From: Nitrososphaerota archaeon
GTDB taxonomy: Archaea > Thermoproteota > Nitrososphaeria_A > Caldarchaeales > Calditenuaceae
Assembly: GCA_033581555.1 (NCBI GenBank)
Contig: JAVQSZ010000009.1
Coordinates: 1-55,298 of the forward strand
DNA length: 55,298 nucleotides
Direction of reading: 5' to 3'
Below, one piece after another: positions 9,774 to 19,196 of the stretch. The notes under the pieces were generated by a model. The model saw nothing but the letters and a program-made list of their open reading frames with translations, searched no databases and was not told the DNA's origin. A program made the position numbers and the translations under genes. The stretch's first letter is position 1. Every line of letters begins with the position of its first letter.

Positions 9774-10843
9774 CAGAGCATCACCAGGAACTCGTCGAAG
9801 ATCCCCGCTCCGTCGGATGGTCCAGGCTTCCCCTCGGGGTGGTATTGGGTCGATAGGAGGTTGAGGTCCTCGTGCTCGAGGCCCTCGATCGTGCCGTCGT
9901 TGAGGCTGACCTGCCTGACCCGCAGGCCCTTGCCCTCGAGGCTCCGGGGGTCGACGGCGTAGCCGTGGTTCTGGAGGGTGATGTGGATCTTGCCCGTCTT
10001 CAAGTCTTTAACGGGGTGATTGGTGCCCCTGTGCCCGAACTTCATCTTGTAGGTCCTGCAGCCCATCGCGAGGGCTATCAGCTGGTGGCCGAGGCAGACG
10101 CCCATCATCGGGGCTCTCCCGATCAACCTCTTCACAGTCTCGACCGCGTAACCGAGCACCGCCGGGTCTCCGGGACCGTTGGAGACCAGCACGCCATCAG
10201 GGCCCCAGCTGAGGATCTCATCAGCCGAGGCCCACGCGGGGAACCTCAACACCGTGACGCCGGAATCGACCAGTCTCCTCAGGATGCCGTGCTTGACACC
10301 GCAGTCGAGCAGTGCGACCGTCTTCCTGCCCTTACCGAGGACCTCTACCCTCCCGCAGGTCGTCTCCCTGACCAGGTCGACCTCGTACCTCCACGCCGCG
10401 AGCCTCTCCCTCACACCTCCCAGGTCAACTGACCCGACGTCGCCGCAGACCATCGCCGCCGGGATGGTGCCGTGCTCCCTTATCGCGACCGTCAGCGCCC
10501 TCGTGTCGACGCCCTCGATCCCAACGACGCCGTGCTCCCTGAGGAAGTCCCGGAGCGTCCCCCTGCTCTTCGCGTTGGAGGGGTAGCTGCAGGCGTCCCT
10601 CACGACCACGCCCTCGGCCCAGACCCTCTCGGACTCGAGCTCGCCCGTCCACGCGCCGTAGTTCCCGATGTGGGTGTAGGTGAAGAGCACGATCTGGCCG
10701 TTGTAAGAGGGGTCGGTGAGGGTCTCCTCGTACCCCGAGATGGAGGTCGTGAAGACCAGCTCCCCGAAGGCCTCGCCCTCGACGCCGATGGACCTCCCCC
10801 TTATCACCCGACCGCCGGCGAGCAGCAGCAGGCCTTCGGACAT
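9773..10843 (-). CDS. carA: Carbamoyl-phosphate synthase small (glutaminase) subunit
   Basis: LTDPSYNGQ, SNGPGDP, GVCLGHQ, QYHPE; TGATG overlap with carB; alternative GTG start at 10855. Confidence 0.97.
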   Translation of the reverse strand: MSEGLLLLAGGRVIRGRSIGVEGEAFGELVFTTSISGYEETLTDPSYNGQIVLFTYTHIGNYGAWTGELESERVWAEGVVVRDACSYPSNAKSRGTLRDFLREHGVVGIEGVDTRALTVAIREHGTIPAAMVCGDVGSVDLGGVRERLAAWRYEVDLVRETTCGRVEVLGKGRKTVALLDCGVKHGILRRLVDSGVTVLRFPAWASADEILSWGPDGVLVSNGPGDPAVLGYAVETVKRLIGRAPMMGVCLGHQLIALAMGCRTYKMKFGHRGTNHPVKDLKTGKIHITLQNHGYAVDPRSLEGKGLRVRQVSLNDGTIEGLEHEDLNLLSTQYHPEGKPGPSDGAGIFDEFLVML

Positions 10844-10991
10844 CGTGAACTTCACCCGTCACCACTAGAAATGACTTGGGCGGCGACGCGATGTAACGTT
10901 GATAAGCCGATGACTCGAGCTGAGTCAGCTTCCGAGGGCAACGCTGGACGATCTCACGACAGCAGACCTGTTCCGGGCCCACCTGCTGACA

Positions 10992-11813
10992 TCACTCCTT
11001 GCCCCTCTTGGAAAGGATCTCGACCCACGGGTTGTCCTTGAGGAAGCTCGGTAGTTGCACTGGCTCCGGAGGGACCTCCTTGGGCGCCTGCTCGCTTCTC
11101 TCGGCCCTGACCTCCCTCTTCCCGGCCGATTCGAGCGCCTCGACCCTAGCCGCCAGCTGCTCTAGGCGCGCCCTGAGCTTCTCGATCAGGGAGGCGATCT
11201 CGCCGAGCTTCTCGAGCGAGCTGACCCTGGCCTCCAACCTCTCGATCCGGGCGATCAGGCCGCTGGCGTCCTCGCCGGAGACCTGAACGGCCTGCCTCTC
11301 GGGGGCAGGGATCTGCTGCCGTATCGTCGTCTCGAGTTGATCGATCCTCTTCAGGACTTCCGCGATTGCACCCATTACCTCTTCGAGCGCCCTCGACTCG
11401 ACCGCGGTCGCGGCTTGACCGGCGGGCGCCTGGGACGGTCTGAATTTAGGCGGTATCGACTCTTCGACGAAGTCATCACCGTACTCGACAAGGCCGAGGC
11501 CGTAGAGCCTGAAGACGTGTTCGCCGATCCTGACCGCGACCCTCTCAGGTGCCGCGACGTAGGCGGCCTTTCCCGTCGCCGCGTCCATCGACGCCTCTAT
11601 CAGCGCTGAGAAGAGCTCCGCAGCGGTGGCGTCCTCGTGGACCACCCTCACGCTCCCTTCGATCGAGCCCTGAGAAATCCTGATCTGGTCCTCCTCGACC
11701 TCCACCGAGTAGCCCGCTCTCCTGAAGAACTCCGCGATTCTCTGGACCGTCCGCCGCTCCCTGCCCAACCCCCTACTTACGCCGCCCGCCCGGTATGAAA
11801 GCCATCCGGTCAC
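10992..11813 (-). CDS. Hypothetical protein: alpha/beta N-domain, coiled coil, short amphipathic C-terminal tail
   Basis: Heptad repeats ([37 protein letters not shown]); GTGA overlap with upstream SDR; start uncertain. Confidence 0.75.
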   Translation of the reverse strand: MTGWLSYRAGGVSRGLGRERRTVQRIAEFFRRAGYSVEVEEDQIRISQGSIEGSVRVVHEDATAAELFSALIEASMDAATGKAAYVAAPERVAVRIGEHVFRLYGLGLVEYGDDFVEESIPPKFRPSQAPAGQAATAVESRALEEVMGAIAEVLKRIDQLETTIRQQIPAPERQAVQVSGEDASGLIARIERLEARVSSLEKLGEIASLIEKLRARLEQLAARVEALESAGKREVRAERSEQAPKEVPPEPVQLPSFLKDNPWVEILSKRGKE

Positions 11814-12586
11814 CCGGAGTGGGAGAGGAAGTCGATCCTTCCGCCGTCGATCGTGATGACCTGCCCCGTGATGAAGGAGGACTCCTCGGAGGCGAGGAAG
11901 GCCACGAGATGGGCGACCTCTTCAGGCCTCCCGACCCTCCTGAGCGAGGTCCTCTCCGAGGTCCACTTGATCAGCTCCTCAGCCTCCTCCTTCGGGCTCC
12001 CGAAGACCAAGTCGGTCAGGATCAGTCCCGGCGCGACCGCGTTAACGGTTATTCCGTACTCGCCGAGCTCCATCGCGAGCCTCTTCGTCAGGACCACGAT
12101 CGAGGCCTTACTCATCGCGTAGTAAGTCGTGTTCCTGGCGCTGGTCCCGAAGCCCGCGATCGAGCTGACGTTGATGATCCTACCCCACCTGTTGACCCGC
12201 ATGTAGGGCACCGCGGCGGCTATGCAGTTCACGACGCCCTTGACGTTCACCGCGTAGAGCCTGTCGAGGATTGAGACGTCGTCCATCACCCCTCCCCTTA
12301 AGAAGATGCCCGCGTTGTTCACGAGGACGTCCAGCCTGCCGAACGCGTTCACGGCCTCAGCTATCAGCCTCTCCGCCTCCCCCCTGACCGAGACGTCGGC
12401 CTTCACCGCTATCGCCCTCCTTCCGGCGCCCTCTATCGCCTCGACCGTCCTCCTCGCCTCCACGTCCCTGTTCACGTAGTTGCAGACGACGCTGCACCCG
12501 CGCCTCGCGAGCTCCACCGCTATCGCCCTTCCTATGCCCCTGGAAGATCCGGTCACTACCGCGACGCGCCCCTCTAACCCCCTCAA
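11810..12586 (-). CDS. Short-chain dehydrogenase/reductase (FabG-like)
   Basis: [28 protein letters not shown]. Confidence 0.95.
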   Translation of the reverse strand: MRGLEGRVAVVTGSSRGIGRAIAVELARRGCSVVCNYVNRDVEARRTVEAIEGAGRRAIAVKADVSVRGEAERLIAEAVNAFGRLDVLVNNAGIFLRGGVMDDVSILDRLYAVNVKGVVNCIAAAVPYMRVNRWGRIINVSSIAGFGTSARNTTYYAMSKASIVVLTKRLAMELGEYGITVNAVAPGLILTDLVFGSPKEEAEELIKWTSERTSLRRVGRPEEVAHLVAFLASEESSFITGQVITIDGGRIDFLSHSG

Positions 12587-12683
12587 TCCACCGAGATCAA
12601 CACGCGGGCACTATTAGCTTAACGAGCGCCAGCGCATTGAGGTTTCACGTTAATACCGTGGAGGAGGGGAGGAGGCCTCAGAG

Positions 12684-13577
12684 TTGCCGTCTCAGCTGAG
12701 GAGCGCCGTCTCAGTGCAGACGAGCATAAAGGCCTACGTGATGGTCACCAAGCCGAACGTCTGGTGGCTCCTCGTCTTCACGGGGATCGGCGGGTTCGTC
12801 GTCGGGTCGACTGGCGGGCTCGACCTCGGGCTGTTGGGCCTGACCGCGCTCGCCCTCGCCTGCGGGTCCGCGGGCGCCGAGGCCGTCTCCAACTACATCG
12901 AGAGGGACATCGACGCGCTGATGGTGAGGACGAGGAGGAGGCCCCTGCCATCCGGCGCGATAAACCCGCCTGAGAGGGCCCTCTGGTTGGGCATCGCCCT
13001 GACTACAGCCGGCATCGCAGCCTCTGCTCTGATCAACGTCTACGCGCTCCTGTTCATGGTCGCAGGAGTGCTGGACTACGTGGTCGTCTACGTCCTGCTG
13101 ACCAAGCGGAGGACCCCCCTGAACATCCTGTTAGGGAGCTTCGCCGGAGGGGCTCCGGCAATGATCGGGTACGTGTCCTCGAGGGGCTTCCCGGACCTAA
13201 CCGGATGGCTGCTGGCCGCGTTGGTGGTCCTATGGATACCTGCGCACGTCTGGAGCCTAGCGCTGAAGTACAGGGAGGACTACGCGAGGGCCGGGATCCC
13301 GATGCTCCCGGTCGTCGTCGAGGAGAGGAAGGCGATCAGGTGCATCGTCTCGACGGTCCTCCTGTTGGTCGCGTTCTCTCTGCTCCTCGCGTACCTCGAG
13401 CCCAGGCTCGGCCTCGTCTACACCGCATCCGCGGTCGTTACCGGAGCTGCCCTGATTTGCCTAAGCCTCTTGACAGCCCTCAGGCCGACGATGAGGAACT
13501 TCTGGATCCTCTTCAAGTTCACTAGCCCCCACCTCGCGGTCCTCTACGCTGCGATGATGGTCGACGCCCTCCTCTGA
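12684..13577 (+). CDS. ctaB: Protoheme IX prenyltransferase (heme o synthase)
   Basis: TKP, ERDIDALMVRTRRRPLPSG, KRRTPLNI, WIPAHVWSL, REDYARAGIPMLP. Confidence 0.95.
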   Translation: MPSQLRSAVSVQTSIKAYVMVTKPNVWWLLVFTGIGGFVVGSTGGLDLGLLGLTALALACGSAGAEAVSNYIERDIDALMVRTRRRPLPSGAINPPERALWLGIALTTAGIAASALINVYALLFMVAGVLDYVVVYVLLTKRRTPLNILLGSFAGGAPAMIGYVSSRGFPDLTGWLLAALVVLWIPAHVWSLALKYREDYARAGIPMLPVVVEERKAIRCIVSTVLLLVAFSLLLAYLEPRLGLVYTASAVVTGAALICLSLLTALRPTMRNFWILFKFTSPHLAVLYAAMMVDALL

Positions 13578-13613
13578 GGGTCCAGAGTCCCCAACGACCT
13601 AGAGGGGGTTATG

Positions 13614-13624
13614 GCTTTTATAGG
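13614..13624 (+). promoter_or_regulatory. TATA box of a probable leaderless transcript
   Basis: TTTTATA about 28 nt upstream of ATG 13650. Confidence 0.55.
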
Positions 13625-13649
13625 AAGGCGAACGTCCCGTCTCTGGAAT

Positions 13650-14081
13650 ATGAGCGTGCCGATCGACGTGAAGACGACGCTCGAGCGGTTCAGGAGGTTC
13701 ATGATCTACAACACCTGCCTCTCCTTCATACCCAAGGGTTACCTTAGGGACCCTACCGTCTTCCCGGAGAGGAACAGCGAGAAGGGCCAAATTTACCTCG
13801 AGGCGGCGGCGAAGATCGAGCTGGCGAAGATCAGGGACATCACCTTCGTGAAGGCGGTGGACGTCCTCGGGATCATCTACAACTCGAAGAGCGGCAACAC
13901 CCAGCTGAGATGGAGGCAGATCAGCGGGACCCTCGGGAGGCTCACGGGCCACGCTTCGCTCAACTCGCTCGTCAACCTGATCGAGTCGAAGGTGCTCACG
14001 AAGGAGTACGTGGAGGGCCTAGTCTCCCACACGCAGGAGCTGAAGGCCGCGAAGGAGGGCGAGGGCTCAGCCGAGGATTAG
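13650..14081 (+). CDS. Conserved hypothetical protein (resembles a thaumarchaeal family)
   Basis: Clean coding bias; motif GIIYNSKSGNTxLxWRQ recalled from thaumarchaeal hypotheticals; own TATA box. Confidence 0.8.
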   Translation: MSVPIDVKTTLERFRRFMIYNTCLSFIPKGYLRDPTVFPERNSEKGQIYLEAAAKIELAKIRDITFVKAVDVLGIIYNSKSGNTQLRWRQISGTLGRLTGHASLNSLVNLIESKVLTKEYVEGLVSHTQELKAAKEGEGSAED

Positions 14082-14570
14082 AGTCCTGCACCGGTCGCAG
14101 GGCGCGACCCCCTTCTCGTCCGTGTCATCGATCGTGTTGCTGAAGTACATCACGCACTCCCTCCTCGGGCAGTGCCTCAACCCCAGGAGGTGACCGAGCT
14201 CGTGGGCTATCTCCTTCCTAACCCTCTCGACGAACCTCCGGGGATCGGGGTGCCTGAGCCTGAAGGTCGAGACGACCGCGGACCTCATGTACGCGAGCCC
14301 GAAGCAGAAGTTGAAGCCGTTGACGTAGATGTCGCTCGGCACGAGGATGAGCAGGAGCCCCCTCTCGGGCACCATCGACTCAGTCCTCTTCAGGAGCTGC
14401 AGCGCGTCTACCTGACCCCTCCTCCTGTTCGTGGAGGCCGCGATGTGGTCCGTTAGGTTCGACCTCTCAACCCTCAGGGGCAGGCCGTAGACCTCCTCGG
14501 CCACTGAGACCGCGCTCAGCGCCTCGCCCTCGACCCGCTCATCGACAACCACAAGCACCCCTCCCCGCAT
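14067..14570 (-). CDS. amzA: Archaemetzincin zinc metalloprotease
   Basis: KEIAHELGHLLGLRHC...CVMYFSN...D..K...CDRC, plus NFCFGLA. Confidence 0.93.
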   Translation of the reverse strand: MRGGVLVVVDERVEGEALSAVSVAEEVYGLPLRVERSNLTDHIAASTNRRRGQVDALQLLKRTESMVPERGLLLILVPSDIYVNGFNFCFGLAYMRSAVVSTFRLRHPDPRRFVERVRKEIAHELGHLLGLRHCPRRECVMYFSNTIDDTDEKGVAPCDRCRTLILG

Positions 14571-14761
14571 GCGAGCCGATTCGTCCAGCGCCCGATTTAA
14601 GCCCAGCTCTCAGAATCGGACCGAAGTTCGCGGTGCGCGTGGACCGCACTCGGACTGTAATGACCGCTCGATTCCAACGAATCAGGCGACCCTCAGTCGT
14701 GCCTCAACCTCGACCTCGACGTAAGGTGCTACAACTTTGTGGTTCACCTAGCCCCGGAATC

Positions 14762-14804
14762 TACAAATGTGAATTTGTATGCAAGAGCATACGATCGTAT
14801 ACAA
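14762..14804. promoter_or_regulatory. Cluster of overlapping palindromes, putative operator
   Basis: TACAAAT-GTGA-ATTTGTA (14762-14779), GTATGC-AAGA-GCATAC (14777-14792), ATACGATCGTAT (14789-14800). Confidence 0.55.
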
Positions 14805-14814
14805 TAGAAGATCT

Positions 14815-16290
14815 ATGAGGTGCCTGCGGCATCTACTATCCGTGAAGGCGGAAGGCAACACGATTAGGCTAGGACTCAACCTCCCTCTCTTCATCGCTGC
14901 TACGATAGCGATGGGCACCGGGACGCTGGTGGGAATGATGGGTATTTGGGGGGCCGCCGCTTGGGGTCGACCCGTTCCGGAATGGGAGAAGGTCGGCCAC
15001 GCGCACAGCTCCTGGTGGGCCGTCCTAATCATGATTGCGGCGATGGTGCTCCCAAGCCTCAGCATCAAGCCCTGGGCGAAGAAGCTGATCATCGCCGGGA
15101 CTTACCTTGGCCCTACGCTCTGGGTCGGCGTGCTGGCGACCTACTACGAGATCGGAGGCCCCGCGATCTGGAGGGTCGAGGCCCCTGCCGCGCCCGGGAC
15201 CTACTACGAGCTGCCTCTGATCGGACTGATCGCGGCCTTCCTCGAATTCTTAGGGTTCGTCGCGCTGGGGATCGTGGGCCTATCCGCCGCGGGCGTTAAG
15301 CTTCCGCTGGTCTCGGCCGAGTCGCCGCCGCCGAAGTCCAAGTACGAGCTCATCTCAGACATCGAGGTCCCCAGAAGGATTTTCCTGATTCCGACGCTTG
15401 CGATCGCGCTCGGCGTCATAGTGGGCTTCGGGATCAACGCGGTCTTCAAGGTCGCCCACAGGCCTATCTCGCCCGCCGCGCTCGTCCAGCTCCACGACCA
15501 CACAGCCCTCATCGCGGTTAGCTCCCTGATCATCCTCATGACGATGAGCGTCCTCAGGGTTAGCGAGCGGGTTCAGCAGATCGGGTACAGGTTGATGCAG
15601 GTCGCCGTGCCCTTGACGATCGCCGGCCTTTTCGTCTTCAACTTCCTGGGGGTCCACAGCCTCGTCTGGGTCGCCCCCGCAGGAATTTACTACGTTCTGC
15701 TCCTCGCGATGATACCAGCTGCGCTCGGTTACTTCACTCAGAAAGGGTCCGGCAGTGAGCGCGGGGTTCAGGGATTGCACGTCCCAGCCTTCAGGTGGGG
15801 CCTCGCGGTGATCTTCGCAGGGCTCGCGCTGCTCATAGCGACTGGAGCCGCGATCGCCCTGATCTGGGACACGAACCCAAACCTTACGGTCACCTACAAG
15901 CAGCCCGAGGGCTCGCCTTACCCAGGTCCTTACCCGGTCACGTACACTGGCACCGCGCCGGTGAGGGGCACGCCCAGGGGCCTCGAGAACGCGCACCTCA
16001 GCCCCGGAAGCTGGTACCACGTCGCGGCCGTCTGGATGATCGCGCTGATGGTCTTCGGGCCCTCGCTGCTGGGAGCGAGGCTGGGGCTGCTGATCCTCTT
16101 CGCGGCGACAATACCTCTGGCACCGACCTTCAATGTGGTTGGGAGGTACTTCGCATGGCTAGGCATACCGAACGGGATCGGGGCCCTCTGGTTCGCCGGA
16201 CACCCGCTGAAGGGCTTCAACCTGATCGCGCTTTTCGCGATCGCCGTCATAACGGTCTACCTCGTCGCAAAGGGTAAGAAGCAGACTTAA
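14815..16290 (+). CDS. Uncharacterised 12-TM His-motif membrane protein, paralogue A
   Basis: About 12 hydrophobic segments; GHAH, LHDH, AH..GSWYH, AGHP; colinear with 23855-25327; start uncertain (14779/14815/14842). Confidence 0.85.
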   Translation: MRCLRHLLSVKAEGNTIRLGLNLPLFIAATIAMGTGTLVGMMGIWGAAAWGRPVPEWEKVGHAHSSWWAVLIMIAAMVLPSLSIKPWAKKLIIAGTYLGPTLWVGVLATYYEIGGPAIWRVEAPAAPGTYYELPLIGLIAAFLEFLGFVALGIVGLSAAGVKLPLVSAESPPPKSKYELISDIEVPRRIFLIPTLAIALGVIVGFGINAVFKVAHRPISPAALVQLHDHTALIAVSSLIILMTMSVLRVSERVQQIGYRLMQVAVPLTIAGLFVFNFLGVHSLVWVAPAGIYYVLLLAMIPAALGYFTQKGSGSERGVQGLHVPAFRWGLAVIFAGLALLIATGAAIALIWDTNPNLTVTYKQPEGSPYPGPYPVTYTGTAPVRGTPRGLENAHLSPGSWYHVAAVWMIALMVFGPSLLGARLGLLILFAATIPLAPTFNVVGRYFAWLGIPNGIGALWFAGHPLKGFNLIALFAIAVITVYLVAKGKKQT

Positions 16291-16310
16291 CCCCGAACAC
16301 ACGCCTCTGC

Positions 16311-16322
16311 TTTCTTTTTTTT
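16311..16322 (+). terminator. Oligo-T archaeal terminator
   Basis: TTTCTTTTTTTT about 20 nt after the stop. Confidence 0.65.
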
Positions 16323-16429
16323 ACTTCTCTCCTACGATCACTGATGTGTCTGAGGTCTCAGCCGCCTCGCCAACTGTTCCCCTCGAGCGCCGCCTTAATA
16401 CTCACGGGGTTGTCTGAAAGGTCGGTAGG

Positions 16430-16972
16430 ATGCTGGTGGTGATGCTCCTCGGGACGCCAGGCGTCGGGAAGAGCACCGTCGGGAGGGCGCTCGCGTCGAA
16501 GCTCGGCATAAGGCTGGTCGAGCTAACGGAGCTGGCTGGCGGAGATGAGGAGGTCGACCCGAGAGCCCTCTCCGCGAGAAGCGGCGCGCTGCTCAGGAGG
16601 CTCGGAGGAGGGGTCGTCTGCAGCCACGTCGTCTTCAAGCCGAGGTCCCTCGAGGTGAGGAGGGCCGTGGTGCTGAGGAGGGATCCCTTGGAACTGGTCG
16701 GGGTACTGAGGTCCCGGGGCTACGAAGAGCGGAAGGTCAGGGAGAACGTCGAGGTTGAGCTCATCGGGCTCGTCTACTGGGAGGCGGTCAGGAGGTTCGG
16801 GGAGAGGACCGTCGCGCAGCTGGACGTGACCGGGAGGTCAGTGGATGAGGTGGTGGACCTCGCTTTGCAGGTGGTCAAAGGAGAGTACTCTGGAGAGCGG
16901 GTCGACTGGCTCAGCTCGATGGAGGAGTCCAGGCTCGAGGAGCTGCTCAGGTACCTCTCCTCATCCGCCTGA
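16430..16972 (+). CDS. Fap7/AK6-type adenylate kinase/ATPase
   Basis: GTPGVGKST, hhhxSH, LRSRGYEERKVRENVEVE, VDWL. Confidence 0.85.
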   Translation: MLVVMLLGTPGVGKSTVGRALASKLGIRLVELTELAGGDEEVDPRALSARSGALLRRLGGGVVCSHVVFKPRSLEVRRAVVLRRDPLELVGVLRSRGYEERKVRENVEVELIGLVYWEAVRRFGERTVAQLDVTGRSVDEVVDLALQVVKGEYSGERVDWLSSMEESRLEELLRYLSSSA

Positions 16973-18019
16973 CTCCAGGATCTTGACGGCCCTGTCCGCG
17001 ACCGCCTCCGCCATCTCGAGCGTGCTCGCGGTTCCTCCCAAGTCGTAGGTGACTCGGTTCCTCTCGGCCACCACGTGCTCTACCGCGCTGAAGATCGCCT
17101 TGCCCTCCTTCGCGAAGCCCAAATACTCGAGCATCCAGGCCGCGGAGAGGATCATCGCGGTCGGGTTCACCTTGTACATGCCCTTGTACTTGGGAGCGCT
17201 GCCGTGGGCGGGCTCGAACATCGCGTACCTGTCCCCGAAGTTAGCCGAGTAGATCATGCCTATGTTCGCGACCAGCGCTGACGCGAGCTCCGAGAGGACG
17301 TCCATGAAGAGGTTGGTGCTGAGGATCACGTTCTGGTTGAACCTCTGCGGGTTCTTCACCAGCTGCTGAGCCATGTTGTCGATGTAGTACTCTTCAAGCG
17401 CGATCTCGGGGTAGTTGGAAGCGACCCTTTGGACCGCGTTGAAGAAGACCGAGTCCGTCAGCCTCAGTATGTTCCTCTTGGTCACCGCGATCACCTTGCC
17501 GTAGCCCCTCCTCTTGGCCTCCTCGAACGCGTACCTCGCGACCCTCTCGGAGGCGAAGTCGGAAATCCGCCTGATCGCCACGGCCACTCCTGGGGCTATC
17601 ATGTACTCGATCCCGATGTAGAGGCCCTCCGTCGCCTCCCTGACGCAGACGAAGTCGACGTCCCCGAGCGGTCCCGGGAGGCCCTTGAAGGTCTTGATCG
17701 GCCTGACGTTGGCGTAGAGGTCCATCCTCTGCCTGATGCTGACCGCGACGCTCCTGGGCGCGTCGGGGTCCGGAGGCGTGGTCGTGGGGGCCTTGAGGCA
17801 CGCGTCGCTGCTCGTGATCGCATCCCAGGTCTCGTCGGGTATCAGGGCGAAGGTCTTCGGCTTCCCGGCGGAGACCCACCACTCGTACCCCGCGTCCTTC
17901 ACGATCACCTCAAGCCCCGGATTGACCTTCTCGAGCACGAGGAGCGTCGCCTCGGTGAGCTCCGGTCCGGTCCCGTCCCCTCTGATCAGGACGACAGACT
18001 TCGAGCGCGGCAAACTCAA
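16961..18019 (-). CDS. Isocitrate/isopropylmalate dehydrogenase family protein
   Basis: GDGTGPE, LYANVRP, REATEGLY, NLFMDVLSE, FEPAHGSAP, TYDLGG. Confidence 0.93.
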   Translation of the reverse strand: MSLPRSKSVVLIRGDGTGPELTEATLLVLEKVNPGLEVIVKDAGYEWWVSAGKPKTFALIPDETWDAITSSDACLKAPTTTPPDPDAPRSVAVSIRQRMDLYANVRPIKTFKGLPGPLGDVDFVCVREATEGLYIGIEYMIAPGVAVAIRRISDFASERVARYAFEEAKRRGYGKVIAVTKRNILRLTDSVFFNAVQRVASNYPEIALEEYYIDNMAQQLVKNPQRFNQNVILSTNLFMDVLSELASALVANIGMIYSANFGDRYAMFEPAHGSAPKYKGMYKVNPTAMILSAAWMLEYLGFAKEGKAIFSAVEHVVAERNRVTYDLGGTASTLEMAEAVADRAVKILESGG

Positions 18020-18069
18020 CCCCGCGCGCCTTCAGCTTCTAATAAACCGTCACACCCTTTTCTTCTGAT

Positions 18070-18453
18070 TTACGAATTTCGTACCACCCCCGAGCCGATG
18101 ACGGAGAGGACGATCAGCGGGGGCTGGACCGCGACCGATACGACGTAGGCCGGCAGGCCGAAGAGGTAGGCGGCGAACTCGGCGTAGGTCATCCCGAACT
18201 CCGGAGCGGTGAGCACGTCCCCGAGGAAGAGGGCGAGCTTCAGGGCCGCCCAGACCGCGAGAACCCTCAGCCCACTCCTGGGAGATCTGTAAACCACGGG
18301 AAAGGCGACGACGTCGACCCCGGTGATCGCGATCAGGCCGTAGGCGTGAGAAGGCGCCACTGCCCAGAGCTCAGCATCAGTGAGGAGAAGGAAGACTTGA
18401 GACGCGATCGAGGTCGAGTGGAGCGCTAACGGCGCCGCGACCTTACCAGCCAA
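18070..18453 (-). CDS. Small 4-TM membrane protein
   Basis: Hydrophobic segments, APSHAYGL motif; overlaps the cupredoxin 3' end; start uncertain. Confidence 0.65.
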   Translation of the reverse strand: MAGKVAAPLALHSTSIASQVFLLLTDAELWAVAPSHAYGLIAITGVDVVAFPVVYRSPRSGLRVLAVWAALKLALFLGDVLTAPEFGMTYAEFAAYLFGLPAYVVSVAVQPPLIVLSVIGSGVVRNS

Positions 18454-19124
18454 GCCACCGCACCGGCTGCGACCGCTACAACGAGTACGGCCGGGACGAG
18501 GACGGTCACTATGTCACCTCCTTGCTGCGTCGGTGCCTGCGGAGCTTGGGTAGTCGGCGTCTGGGTGACCTGTCGGTGCGGGGGCTGTCCGGTCGGGGTC
18601 TGGGTGGCCTGTTGCGCCGGGGTGGTAGTCGCCGTCTCGGTCGCCGTCGCCTGAGCCCTCGGGTAGATGACTATCGTCGCCTCCTGTCCCCTATCCCTGT
18701 GGCTCGGTCCGTACGGCGGCCTGACGCTGCAGTAGTACTTGAACTCACCCGGATGGTTCGCGACGAACTCGATCACCTGCTCCTGGCCCCTCGAGAGCCT
18801 CCTGCTCTTGACGTTGTAGGGCGAAGGAGATCCTTCATCTAGGACGAAGTCGTGGACTATCGGTCCCGAGCCGTTGCCGATCAACCTGATCCTGACCAGC
18901 TCTCCTTGATACGCCATCAGCGTCGGGCCTCCCCTCGAGGCGTTGAAGCCGTAGTCGTTGAGGTATAGCGTGTAACTCCTCTCGCCGTACCTTGGAGTCC
19001 CGGTCTGAGCGGCCGCCTGCTCCGTCCTGCCGTCAGTGGTCTCGAAGTAGTACCCGCTTGAAAGCTGAACCACGACTGAAACCGTTAGGACCGCCGCTAG
19101 GATCGCGCTGGGTAAACGTCTCAC
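18426..19124 (-). CDS. Membrane-anchored cupredoxin (type-1 copper) protein
   Basis: Signal peptide, VHDF...GEFKYYCSV...SH...GQ, T/Q/P-rich linker, C-terminal TM plus RSRRR. Confidence 0.85.
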   Translation of the reverse strand: MRRLPSAILAAVLTVSVVVQLSSGYYFETTDGRTEQAAAQTGTPRYGERSYTLYLNDYGFNASRGGPTLMAYQGELVRIRLIGNGSGPIVHDFVLDEGSPSPYNVKSRRLSRGQEQVIEFVANHPGEFKYYCSVRPPYGPSHRDRGQEATIVIYPRAQATATETATTTPAQQATQTPTGQPPHRQVTQTPTTQAPQAPTQQGGDIVTVLVPAVLVVAVAAGAVAWLVRSRRR

Positions 19125-19196
19125 TTCAGCTTTGCGTCCGAGCCACAGTAGTTAAGTGTTGCTGAACCTGCTGAACCTCGTGGTCGCGGACTCTTG

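Noticed and set aside
10920-10995. Possible C/D sRNA on the minus strand between the coiled-coil gene and carA
   Set aside because: Imperfect C box, no internal C'/D' pair, and spacing too long
18520-18660. Thr/Gln/Pro low-complexity stretch as a repeat element
   Set aside because: Ordinary linker of an archaeal surface-anchored protein
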